A stretch of 64,000 nucleotides of DNA from the NCBI GenBank assembly GCA_043228905.1, contig JBHGNT010000010.1, positions 7,564,001 through 7,628,000 of the forward strand, read 5' to 3'. Origin of the DNA: Azolla caroliniana (Eukaryota; Plantae; Polypodiophyta). Below are positions 25,944 through 36,723 of this stretch, in pieces. The stretch's first letter is position 1. Each line of letters starts with the position of its first letter. The notes under the pieces are model-generated. The model was not told the DNA's origin and did not search any database. It was given only the letters and a program-made list of their open reading frames with translations. Both the position numbers and the translations under genes were made by a program.

Positions 25944-28900
25944 CCGCACTTGAGGGGGAGAAAAGGAAAGGGAACGGATGGCATTGGATAAGGAGCTGAA
26001 GAGGAAGAAATAACAAACAAAGGGGGAGAAAAGAGGAAAAAGGAAACCCAGCCGACCGAAGGAGTCGGCACATCCGAAAAGGTCGGAACAAGCGGTAGTG
26101 GTGGTAGAGTCAAGAAGGACAGAGCCGATTGGAAGAAAACGGCCAAGACCCGGACGTGGTTCGGTGTGGTTAAGGGCCTGAAACTGGAAGACGAGTTGGA
26201 GAACACTGACTTAGACAAGATCTGGAATGAATCAAAGGAAACTGATTTGGAGAAGCCGGATCAACTAAAGGCCAAGCGGACACGGACGCAACGGAAGTCG
26301 ATGCCAACACGAAGGAACCAACGAGTCGACAAGCATCGGAGTCGCAACAGCGAGGGAGCTAAAATGGGCCTGTTGAGCAGATACGCCGACCAAGGAGGTA
26401 GAGGTGCGCAGAACTAGAAGGGTCACGGCAAACAAGACTGTACCAGACGAGGAATGCGAGCGAGGCGGAGCAACGCTAGAAGTAGCTGGGTAGAAGAATC
26501 AGTTGCTGCAGACACTAACACCACGATCCGACGTCAAGTTGAGCTTGAGGGGGAGTGTTGAGCGAGCAAGCTCAACCGGATCCGGATCGGCTGAATAAGC
26601 CTGAGACGGATCGGCATCAGGAAGGATGAGCCGGATCGGAGTGCTGGATTCGAGCGGGAACTGGAAGCCTAGTAGTAGCCTAGACTATTAGGTAATCATT
26701 GTCTCGTAGTTAGTGTCAGTCGCACGTGTGAGCATTGAAGTACTTGTCAGTACTTCTGTTAGGCCTTTCTGGACTTGTAAAAATAGTGTTGTTTAGCATG
26801 TTGTATGTATAGATTTTTAGAGTTAATTTTAGAATATAGTTTTATGTTCTGCTCTCTTTGTCTCCTCTGTGTTTTAAGCTTTTCCATTAAACCTTCATGT
26901 CATTATCTGTTGCTATCCGGCTGAGCCGGTTCTGTCTGACGCTTCCGCACATTAACATTCACAAAATCCAGTTAAGTCTCTGTCCAACTGGTCCTCACTC
27001 CCTCCAGCCGCGATAGATGTTTTCTGACTAACCTCGTCAGACGGCTGCCTCACGACTTCATCTTCAAACTGTCAAGAACTACACACTCCCGATGAACAAC
27101 GCTCGGCCACAACCAAGCTTAGAATCAAACACAGAAAACGGGAATGAATGCACGACACAATGGAGAGAAGAGTACATAGGATGTTTACGTGGAAAACCCA
27201 AACACGGGAAAAACCATGGCAATCCATTGACTGCTAACTATCACTATGTAACAATATACAATAGATGAATACAGAGGCAACGACCTCTTGTTCACTGTCT
27301 TCGCCACAAGCGGCAGTTACAACAGAGATATGAACTCTTTGTCTCTTTGTCTCTCTCTCTCTCTCTCTCTCTATACACTATTGCGCTCTAATCTTGCACC
27401 AACAAGAATGACAACAACGGTACTAAGTTTGCCCTAAGTCATATTTATACTAATATGACTTTTCAACTACTTACAAATATAGCCCCGATGGACTCTCAGA
27501 AACATATTTACGAATATGTCCCTTCATCCGGTGAGCACTCCTCACCGGGCCTGCATCATCCGGCGCTTGCCAGGCACACGTCATCCGGTTCTCATCGGGT
27601 CTTCCGTTGCCGCTTCTGACAAGCTGGATGCATGTCGGAAGCGGGTCGGACTATTAAGACATCCCATGCCGGAGTGAAGGGGGAGTTTGCTCATCAACAC
27701 TGTTCTTCTCACTTCCCATCCGGAGGAACCTGTTTCCTAACAAACTCCCCCTTCACTCCGGAATTGGATGTCTTACTAGTCCGACCCGCTTCCGACATGC
27801 ATCCAGCTTGTCAGGTGTTAGTATTTTGGTCAGCATATCTAACCCGTTCTCGGCCGTGTGGATCTTCGTAAGCGCAAACTCCTGGTCATCTACTCTTTCC
27901 TGGATCCAGTGATACCTTCGTTGGATATGCTTCGTCCGGGAATGGTAGGCCGCATTCTTCGCAAGGTGGATGGCACTTTGACTGTCGCAATAGAGCCGGT
28001 ATTCATCTTGCCGGATATCGAGCTCTCCGATGAAGTCCTTCATCCATAATATTTCCTTGCCGGCTTCCACAACCGCCATGTACTCCGCCTCCGTGGTTGA
28101 CAACGCAACCGTCTTCTGCAGCCTCGACTGGCACGAAACAGCTCCCCCTGCATATGTCATTACATTCCCGAATGTAGACCGGCAGGTATCCACATTAGCC
28201 GACATGTCCGAATCAGTAAAACCGTGAGGTTGAGGTTTACCGGGGCCGAGTCGGAGACACATGTTCGAAGTGCCCTTCAAGTACCGGAGTATCCATTTGA
28301 CCGCGTTCCAGTGCTCCTTGCCGGGATTGCTCATAAACCGGCTCACTACTCCAACTGCGTATCCTATATCCGGTCGGGTACACACCATTGCGTACATTAA
28401 GCTCTCGACGGCAGAGGCCCATGGAACCTTCATCATATCAGCCTTCTCTGCTTTCATCTTCGGGCTTTGCTTATCGGATAATCTGTAGTTTGCCAGGAGT
28501 GTCGATCCGACCGGTTTCGTTTCTAACATGTTGAACCGCTGAAGCACCTTTGTCACGTATTTCTCCTATGACAGCCACAATTGCTTCGTTGGCCGGTTCC
28601 GGATGATATGCATCCCCAACATTTGTCTTGCCGGACCCAAGTCTTTCATCGCGAAAGTTCGGTTTAGAGCCTTCTTCAGCATCCGTATTCTGGCTTGGTC
28701 CCGTCCGACAATCAACATGTCGTCCACATACAGAAGGAGTATTAGGAAGTTGCCTCCTTCGAACTTCGTCACAAACACACAGTGATCGGCCTGAGTCTTG
28801 TGGTACCCTTGATCGGTCATGAAGGAGTCGAACTTCCGGTACCATTGTCGGGGAGCCTACTTCAGTCCGTACAAGCTCTTCTTCAACTGGCAAACCAATT

Positions 28901-30647
28901 GCTCCTTCCCTTTCTCCACGAATCCTTCCGGTTGCTGCATGTAGATCTCCTCTTCGAGGTCATTGTGAAGGAATGTTGTCTTCACGTCCAGTTGCTCTAC
29001 CTCGAGGTCCATGCTTGCCGCTATACTCAGCACCATCCGGATGGAGGTCATCTTTACTGCCGGGACAAATATCTCGTCGAAGTCCACGCCCTTCTTCTGG
29101 TGGAACCCCTTCACCACGATCCTGGCTTTGTATCTCGGGGGGTTGCCGGCATCTCCCGGTTTCAACTTGTACACCCACTTGTTTCGGAGTGCCCGCTTTC
29201 CTTTCGACAACTCCACCAATTCGTACGTATGGTTCTCATGCAGGGAATCCATCTCATCCTGCATGGCACTTAACCATTTTTGGCTATGGGTGTCATCCTT
29301 CGCTTCTTCGAAGCTTTCTGGCTCCCTCTCATTGGTTAGCAGCACATGCTCTGCATCCGGAAATCTCCGGGGGGGCCTTCTCTCTCTGAGAGGATATCTC
29401 CGTCTTTGGGCTTCCGTAACTGGCTCCTCCATTTTCTCTTTATCCGAATCCGATTCGGGGTCTTGGCCGGTTCCGGTTTTAGCTTCCTCTACTTCTTCTG
29501 CCGGTTCGGTATCCTCACCGTAACCGGCTAGTTCCTCGAGTGCTAACCGGTCTCTTGCTGGTTGGGTCTGCTCATCGTAGAATCGATCCTTACCGGTCGA
29601 CTCGGAGTTCATTATCTTCTTCTCCGACTCCCAATCGGCGAGCGTCTTGTCCTCCATGAAGATAATATCTCGACCCCGGAATACCTTCTTGTTGACTAGG
29701 TCCCACACTCGGTAACCGAACTCATCGTCGCTGTAAACAAGGAATATGCATGGTCGGGTCTTCGGATCTAATTTTCCTCTCCGGTCCTTAGCTACATGCA
29801 CATACGCAAGACACCTGAATACCTTCAGATGCCGTTAGGACACTTCCTTACCGGTTCAAACTCTCTGTGGTGTGTCTTCGTCCAAGGGTACTGAGGGTGA
29901 TCTGTTTATCACATATGTCGTCGTCGACAGTGCCTCAACCCAAAACTTCTTGGGTAGTTTTGCATGTGCCAGTATAGTCCGGACCCTCTCCATTATGGTT
30001 CAGTTCATCCTCTCGGCAAGCCCGTTTAGTTCCAGTGTCTTCGGGACGGTAAATTCGAGCCAGATTCCCTTCGAGCGACAGTACTCCTCAAACTGCCCCC
30101 TGTCCTGTATTTACCTCCGTTATCTGCTCGAACCGCCTTCAACTTCCGGCCGGTTTCTCTTTCCACTCTCGCGTGGAGCTCTTTGAAGACGGATAGCACC
30201 TGATCCTTGTTGTCTGCCTGGCCGGACTAGCCTCAACACAGGTGTCTATCCGACACTTCTCCAAAGGGGTGGTAAGGATTGGATGCTAGGTTACACGCGT
30301 AAGATGATTACAATTAAGCACAGACGGTAAACAATACGAAGATACAGATAAACACGCAATAATTACTATTGTATTACTTCCGTCAAACCCTTTACAAATC
30401 ATCGGATCCTTGTATAGGCATCCGGCAAGGTTACAATCGGTGCGCTTAGGCAACCGACATCCGAATCGGTCTGGATCCGAATCGGTACAACTGTACCGGA
30501 TCCGTCCCTCCGAATAATAATTCTACTATTATTTACTTCCTATTATCCGATCCGACTCTGCCTTCCCACTTGTCCTTGCTCTTCTGACCGGCCAACACAT
30601 GGCACGCCCGTGGGAAAGTGCCTTGCACTTCGAATCCACTCCCGACC

Positions 30648-33536
30648 TCATTCTTCCTCCAAAATATCGAGCACACTCTGCTCGATGGTGTCAAGTGGTG
30701 CTTCTTCCTCCTGTTCCTTGCCTGCCTGGTCTCCGACCTCCGGTTGGGTGGGCTGTTCCGTAAAAATTTGCTGCTCTGGCTCTGCTTGATTCTGTGGTGC
30801 CGGTGCTTCCTCACCGCTTCGTCCGGGTTCTTCCTGTTCTCCCTCTGTTCCAGGCTCTCTTTCTCCGGTCTCGACTGGTTGGCTCGGTACGCCTTCTTCC
30901 TCTGCTCTGGTGTCTTCCGGTCTCAGCTCTTCTTCTTCTCCGGCATCGGTCTGCTCCTGCTCTTCTTCTTCTCCTTCGAACGGAAGTTCTTCTTCGGGTA
31001 TTCCTCGTCGGGGTTGTTCGGTGTCGGTTGGTTCAACTTCAGCCGGTCGCTCTCCCTCACTTATAGTGATTGGCGTCGTTCTTCCCTTAGCTTCCTGTCG
31101 TAACCGGTCCTACTCGTATCTCTCCAACTCCAACTGAGTTGCGAGCTGCCCGTCATCCAACCTCTCTACCAACCCTCGGATTTCTTTGAGATATTCTTCT
31201 GCCAAAGTGTAGAAATCCTCCGACAATTCTTCCCGAATGGCGACGATACTTTCTTCATCCATCTTGTAGAACTTGTCACCGGTCTTCCTCCGATTCTCGG
31301 CATCCGCTCGGAGTGTCTGCAGCTCGGCTGCCTGTTGTGACCACTCCTTCCATAGCTTTTCCGTACTTTCGTTGATGCTTGCTTGAGCTCGGGTACTCCA
31401 TCTTGACATGATGAGCTTGATCCGGTCAACCCCCGCCTTAGCATGCACATAAGCTTCTTGCTTTTCCTTCCTTGCCCGTTTTATAATGTCGGCCATTATC
31501 TGAGCCTGGGCCTCGTAATCCGCTTTCTGCTTTTCATAGGTACTTTGCAGTTTGCTGATCGTGAAGGTCGATTTTTCCTTTTCTTCATTTCTGATCTTGG
31601 TCAGATCCAGCTTTTCCCGCCTTAGCGCCTCTAATTCCTTCCTTCTCTCCGTTGCTTGGGCTATTTCCGCCGACAATGCTTCCTTGTTGGCACTGACCTC
31701 ATCTATTGCCTTAGCCAGGTCTAATCGGGTCTCTTTGAGCTGTTCTTTCAGCTTCTCTATTTGCCGGTCGTAGTCTGCTGCCCGTTTCTTGTTGTCTGAC
31801 TCGGCCTGCTTGTGATCTCGGTAGAGACGGTCGAAGTCCTCCGTCTTCTGCTTCAGGCGTTGGTTTTCCTGAGCTCTTAACCGATCGTCCCGGTCCTTCT
31901 GTTGTCGGAGTTCTTCCTGCAGTCGTTCTATCTCCTGCTCGGCATGTCGACGCAGTCGGTCCTTCTCCTTTTGCAGCTTCTCTTTTTCTTCTTGCAGTCG
32001 GTCATTAGTGGCTCGACCTTTCCGGAGGCCTTCTTCCATTTTTCGTCTATCGTCCTCCACCGCTTTCCACTGCTCCCTTTCTCTTTCCCTTAATGCCTCC
32101 TGAGCTTTTAATTCCTCTCGTAAGGTTTCTATTATTTTTTCGGTCTCAAGGCCGATTTGCAAGGCTACCGGTTCCGGTTCCGGTTCTGGTTGCTTCCTTG
32201 TTGTCCCGACCGGCTCGGTGACAACTTGTGCTTGTTGAATTCCTTCCCTTGCCTGCAACAACTCCCCTTGCATTTCCTCGATCTGTGTTCGGAGCGCGAC
32301 CAACTCCTGAGTTGTTGTATGCGTCAGCTGTTGCCTACACGTTTCTTCTTTCTCTAACTGGTCTGCTACTCCCGATAACTGCTCCGAAAGCCATCTCAGC
32401 CATTGTGGCTTTGTTCTTCCTGTGTTGGGGTGGCCTTGCTTACTTAACTCAGGCTGTTTTTCCGGCCTTTTCTCTAGCTCCGGCGCTTGTTCATTCTTCT
32501 TCTCTGGGATGACCGGTTCTCTGAAGTCCGGCACAACCAGTGTCGGTGCTGCTTCCCTCGGTACGGGTTCCGGTACTGTTTTCGCCTCGGCTACTGGAGG
32601 TGGTCCTTGCGCCCTCTGCTGAGTTTTGTCAACTGGTGGAGCCGGTCCTTTCGCCCGTCTCTCCCGACCTTGTCTTGTTGGGAGTCTTACCAGTGGTTCG
32701 GATGAGTCTTCTGTTTCAGCTTCCTCCTTCGGTGTGGTTACCAGACGGACCTTTTGTATAAAGACCTCTGGTTCCGGTTCCGGCCGTCGCAGCGTTATCT
32801 GGATTGGTTTGCGTGCTACCGGTTCCTCCTCGGTTGATTTCCCTTTGCCTTCACCTGCCGGTTTTGCCTTTGTTGCCGGTTCTTGTTGCTGTCGGGATGG
32901 TCCTTCCCCCTGCTGTTCTGCTTCTTGCTAGGTCCATCCAGGGGTGTGTTTCTCCAGGATCTGTCGGCGCTTTGTGACCTTTTTCGGCGTCGTCTCCTGC
33001 CGACCTCTTTTCTTTTGTGTGATGGGGAGCACCGGTGGGACTAACACTGTTAGCCATTGTGCTATCCCGGCCCATGGCTTTTTTCCTTCCACAAGATTCT
33101 TGATGGCCTCCTTCAATCCTTCGGTTATGAAATGGAGCCAGTCTATTTGTAAGCCTTCGTACGCTGCTATTAAGAACGCTGCCCGGTACTTGGCTATGGC
33201 CGGGGGACGAGGATTCACAAATCCGTATTCCATCATGGCGCGGGCCACTTCTCCGAACAACAGGTTCTCTCCGCCCTGCGTTCGGTACGCCTTGCTGCTG
33301 ATAGAGTACTCACCGAAATATTCGAACAGGATTTCACTTGAAGGGTTTTCGATTGTTTGAAGTCCTCCTGCTTTTATCCCCGTGAGCGCCTGCATCGCTC
33401 CTTCCGTGACTTCTGATAAATTGATCGATGTTGCCGCCTGCTCTGGTTCTGCGTGTGGTGGAGCGTCGACGATCTGCAGCAATCCTTTTAACCCGTTCTC
33501 CCTCATCCATTGGCGTGCCTCCTCCGACAGTACCAT
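30648..33536 (-). pseudogene. Extra sense ORF 3' of pol (~960 codons): globular N-terminus, long coiled coil, acidic tail
   Basis: ORFs 32928-33536 and 31110-32534 share a frame. Reading through TAGs at 32928 and 31110 extends the frame to TGA at 30648. Confidence 0.75.
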
Positions 33537-33942
33537 TGTTTCGAATTCTTCTTCTACTGCCTGTTGTTCGGGATCGGGCTGTGTGTGCTCTGTGCGTCGG
33601 ATCTCTCTTCTGTGCTTCTACGCCTGTATGTAGGAAAATTCGTAAAAAGTGAGTCCTTCGCAGGCCTGTGTCTTATATAGTGGCTTTTGCCTCGAGCCGC
33701 CCTTTTTCGTTTCCCGCGCATGTTCCTCTCCTGCCATAATTAGTATGTCCTTTCTTGTTTGCCGCGTGTGAGTGCCCACGTTCCATGCTTTAAATAGCAA
33801 GTACGGACACGTCCTTCTTTCATGCATGGCGCCTCTTCGTTGCATGGTGGCGCTCCCACCTCTTGTGATCTCCCCATCATTACTATGATTCGCGTCGATT
33901 TTGCCCATGTCTTTTTTTTTTTTTTTCTTTGTTTGGACCACG

Positions 33943-36723
33943 TCATTTGCTGGTCCCCCCCGATTTGTTCGGGTCGGTTCGTGTGGATACCGGATCCTTC
34001 TGTCGGCTTTCCGGGATAGTCTTTGTCAATATCGGTGTCGGTTCTTCCTCGGTCCGAATATCTTCAGCAGCGTCGGTCGGTGTCGGTTCCTCATCTTGCC
34101 GGATTTCCGGGTTTTTCTTGAACGGGTTCGCTGGCATATTTCCCTTATACGGCTTTAGCCGAAACCCATTTGCCCACTTGCTGATAACATCTCTAGACAA
34201 CGTGCCGAGCTGATACGACCCATTGTACTCCTTGGTGATCCAGAACGGTCCGGTCCACCGAAACCGCAACTTTCCCGGCATGTTCCCCATCCGTGTCTGG
34301 AATAGTAGCACCGGTTTCCAGACTTCGAACTCCTTTTCGTTGCCACGCCGGTGTCGGTCCACGAAAGCTTTTCTCCTCCTTTGCTCCAGTTCGAGTTGTA
34401 GTAAGCTGGCTATTCGGTTTTCTTCTAATTCCAACAACGTCGCCAGCCGGTTTCGTTCGGACTCGTTCTCACTTAAGCGCTCCTTCACCTGAATCCGTAA
34501 GCTGGGGATCTGGAACTCTACCGTCATGACCGCTTCTAAACCGAATGCTAGTCGGAACGGGGTTGTCCGGATGCTGGTTTTGTACGTTGTTCGGTACGCC
34601 CATAGCGCGCTTTGCAATTTCGTATCCCAGTCGGTCCGGTTCTCGTTGACGATTTTTCGTAGGATGTTCTGCAGAGTTTTGCTCGTTGATTCCGCTAGTC
34701 CATTGGCTTGAGGGTAGTAGGGAGTACTCTTTTTATGTACCACCGCGTAAAATGACATCAGGCTCTCTACTACCTGCCCGAGAAAATGTCCTCGTTGGTC
34801 ACTTATAAGCTCGATCGGCCATCCATACCGGCACCATATGCACTCGTACAGAAACTTTTCCGTGGACGCAGCCGTGTTGTCCCGTAAGGCCTTTGCTTCT
34901 ACCCATTTGGTGCAATAGTCGGTTGCCACTATGACATACCGATTTCCGGTTCGCATTGCCGGTGGCTTGAAGGGACCGACAAAGTCCAACCCCCACTTTT
35001 GAAACGGTTCCAAAGGCAAGACCGGGTGGTGTGGCATCCGGGCCTGCTCCGTGGGTTGGCCCAGTCGTTGACACAAATCGCATTCTCTGCTATACTTCAC
35101 GGCATCTTTTAGGGTGGTGGGCCACCACAGTCCGCTCTGCCATATTTTCCGAGCGGTTGCGTCGCCGGCATAATGCCCACCGGCAATTCCACAGTGGGCT
35201 TCCCTGAGGATTAAATCCTTCTCATCGCTCCGCACTGCTCGTCTCCAGATGCCATCTGCCCCCTTGTGATAGAGGGTGTCTCCAACCAAGCAGAAATGTC
35301 TACTTCTTACTGCTACCCTTTTCCTTTCATCGCGGTCCATGTTCTCCGGGGGAACTCCGGTGCTCAGGAACTGATGCATCTCAGTTAGCCATGTGTCTTC
35401 ATCGGCTACCGTTGCATCCATTGCCGGTTTCGTTGTGATCCGGAACAATTCGGCGTCGGGAAACTCATCCTGGACGTTGTCCCCTGCTTCTCCGGATTCG
35501 AGTCTGCTTAGGTAGTCCGCTACCGCATGCTGCACCCCGGGTCGGTGGAAAATGTCGAATTCAAATTCCTGTAACAGCAGTGTCCATCGTGCAATTTTTC
35601 CCGTCAGGGATGCCTTCGAGACCAGGTAGAGTAGTGCCGAATGGTCGACAGGGAAGGAAAACTTCCTTCTGAGCAGATAGTGCCTGTACTTTGTGACACT
35701 ATACACCATTCCCAATGCCTCCCGTTCCGTCGTAGAGTAATTCCGTTCGGCTTTTGAGAGTTTCCGGCTTGCGTAGTACACCGGTCGGTACCATTTCGGC
35801 TCCGTGAGTTGCATCAGAACGCTGCCGATTGCTACGTCCGACGCGTCGACGAAGACGTGAAAGCTTTTACTCCAATCCGGCGGTTGCACCACCGGAGCTT
35901 GCGACATCATAACCTTCAACGCTTGGTAGGCTTCCTCCTCTGTCTCCACCCATAGGAAGGGTACCCTATGTACGGCGGTATGTAACGGTGTAGCGAAGTC
36001 TGCGAGGTGCTGTATCATCCGGCTATGCCACCTTATTTGGCCCAGGAACCGGCTTAAAGCCTTTGCGTTATTTGGTGCTGGTGCCTTGAGAATCGCCTTG
36101 ACTTTATCCGGATCTACCGCGATTCCTTCCTTACTCACCACGTGCCCTAGTAAGTTGCCGCTTGCCACTCCAAAGACGCACTTGGCCGGGTTCAGGCTCA
36201 ATTGGTACTCGCGGCACTTCTCCAAGCACAGCCGGAGGTGATCGAGATGCTCTCCGTGCCGGCTGTAGACCGCGAAATCGTCAAGGAAGACCTGCATAAA
36301 ACCGGGGATATATTCCCCGAAAATTTTCATTATTATCCTTTGAAAGGTCGCTGGAGCCGTCTTTAGTCCGAACATCATCACGACCGCGACGAACACTCCC
36401 CATTCCGTCACGAACGCTGTCTTCTCCTGGTCGGCCGGGTTCATTCGTATTTGGTTGTAGCCGCTAAATCCATCCAGGAAGCTGTAAACTTCGTGGCCGG
36501 CTACCGCATCTAACACCCCGTCCGTAAATGGTAGTGGAAACGCATTGGTCACTGTTGCGACATTTAGTTTTCGGTAGTCCACGCATACCCGGATTTTGCC
36601 GTTCTTTTTCGGGACCACCACTATCGGACTCAGCCAGGTTGCCTGCTTGACCGGTCGGATAAATCCGACCCGGAGGAGCTTATCAATTTCCTCCTTTACC
36701 TTCGCCGCATAATTCGGATTCAT
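33943..36723 (-). CDS. Gypsy pol RT-RNase H-integrase (926-aa open segment)
   Basis: RVCVDYRKLN, FLDGFSGYNQI, FLDD, VDASD, NYSTTEREAL, ADYLSRL, HHCC zinc finger (AHCGIAGGH...CDLC), GLDFVGP, ISDQ, PQANGLAE and WTGPF. Confidence 0.93.
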   Translation of the reverse strand: MNPNYAAKVKEEIDKLLRVGFIRPVKQATWLSPIVVVPKKNGKIRVCVDYRKLNVATVTNAFPLPFTDGVLDAVAGHEVYSFLDGFSGYNQIRMNPADQEKTAFVTEWGVFVAVVMMFGLKTAPATFQRIIMKIFGEYIPGFMQVFLDDFAVYSRHGEHLDHLRLCLEKCREYQLSLNPAKCVFGVASGNLLGHVVSKEGIAVDPDKVKAILKAPAPNNAKALSRFLGQIRWHSRMIQHLADFATPLHTAVHRVPFLWVETEEEAYQALKVMMSQAPVVQPPDWSKSFHVFVDASDVAIGSVLMQLTEPKWYRPVYYASRKLSKAERNYSTTEREALGMVYSVTKYRHYLLRRKFSFPVDHSALLYLVSKASLTGKIARWTLLLQEFEFDIFHRPGVQHAVADYLSRLESGEAGDNVQDEFPDAELFRITTKPAMDATVADEDTWLTEMHQFLSTGVPPENMDRDERKRVAVRSRHFCLVGDTLYHKGADGIWRRAVRSDEKDLILREAHCGIAGGHYAGDATARKIWQSGLWWPTTLKDAVKYSRECDLCQRLGQPTEQARMPHHPVLPLEPFQKWGLDFVGPFKPPAMRTGNRYVIVATDYCTKWVEAKALRDNTAASTEKFLYECIWCRYGWPIELISDQRGHFLGQVVESLMSFYAVVHKKSTPYYPQANGLAESTSKTLQNILRKIVNENRTDWDTKLQSALWAYRTTYKTSIRTTPFRLAFGLEAVMTVEFQIPSLRIQVKERLSENESERNRLATLLELEENRIASLLQLELEQRRRKAFVDRHRRGNEKEFEVWKPVLLFQTRMGNMPGKLRFRWTGPFWITKEYNGSYQLGTLSRDVISKWANGFRLKPYKGNMPANPFKKNPEIRQDEEPTPTDAAEDIRTEEEPTPILTKTIPESRQKDPVSTRTDPNKSGGTSK

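Larger units (their letters stand above)
19423..26963 (+). mobile_element. Ty1/copia element A, full length but decayed
   Basis: LTRs 19423-19855 and 26556-26963, TSD AAATC, PBS TGGTATCAGAGC at 19856-19867 and PPT GAGGGGGAG. Domains: gag (EKLNRSNYASW), PR (WYVDSGASN), INT (21855-22964), RT ([15 protein letters not shown]) and RH. Confidence 0.95.
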
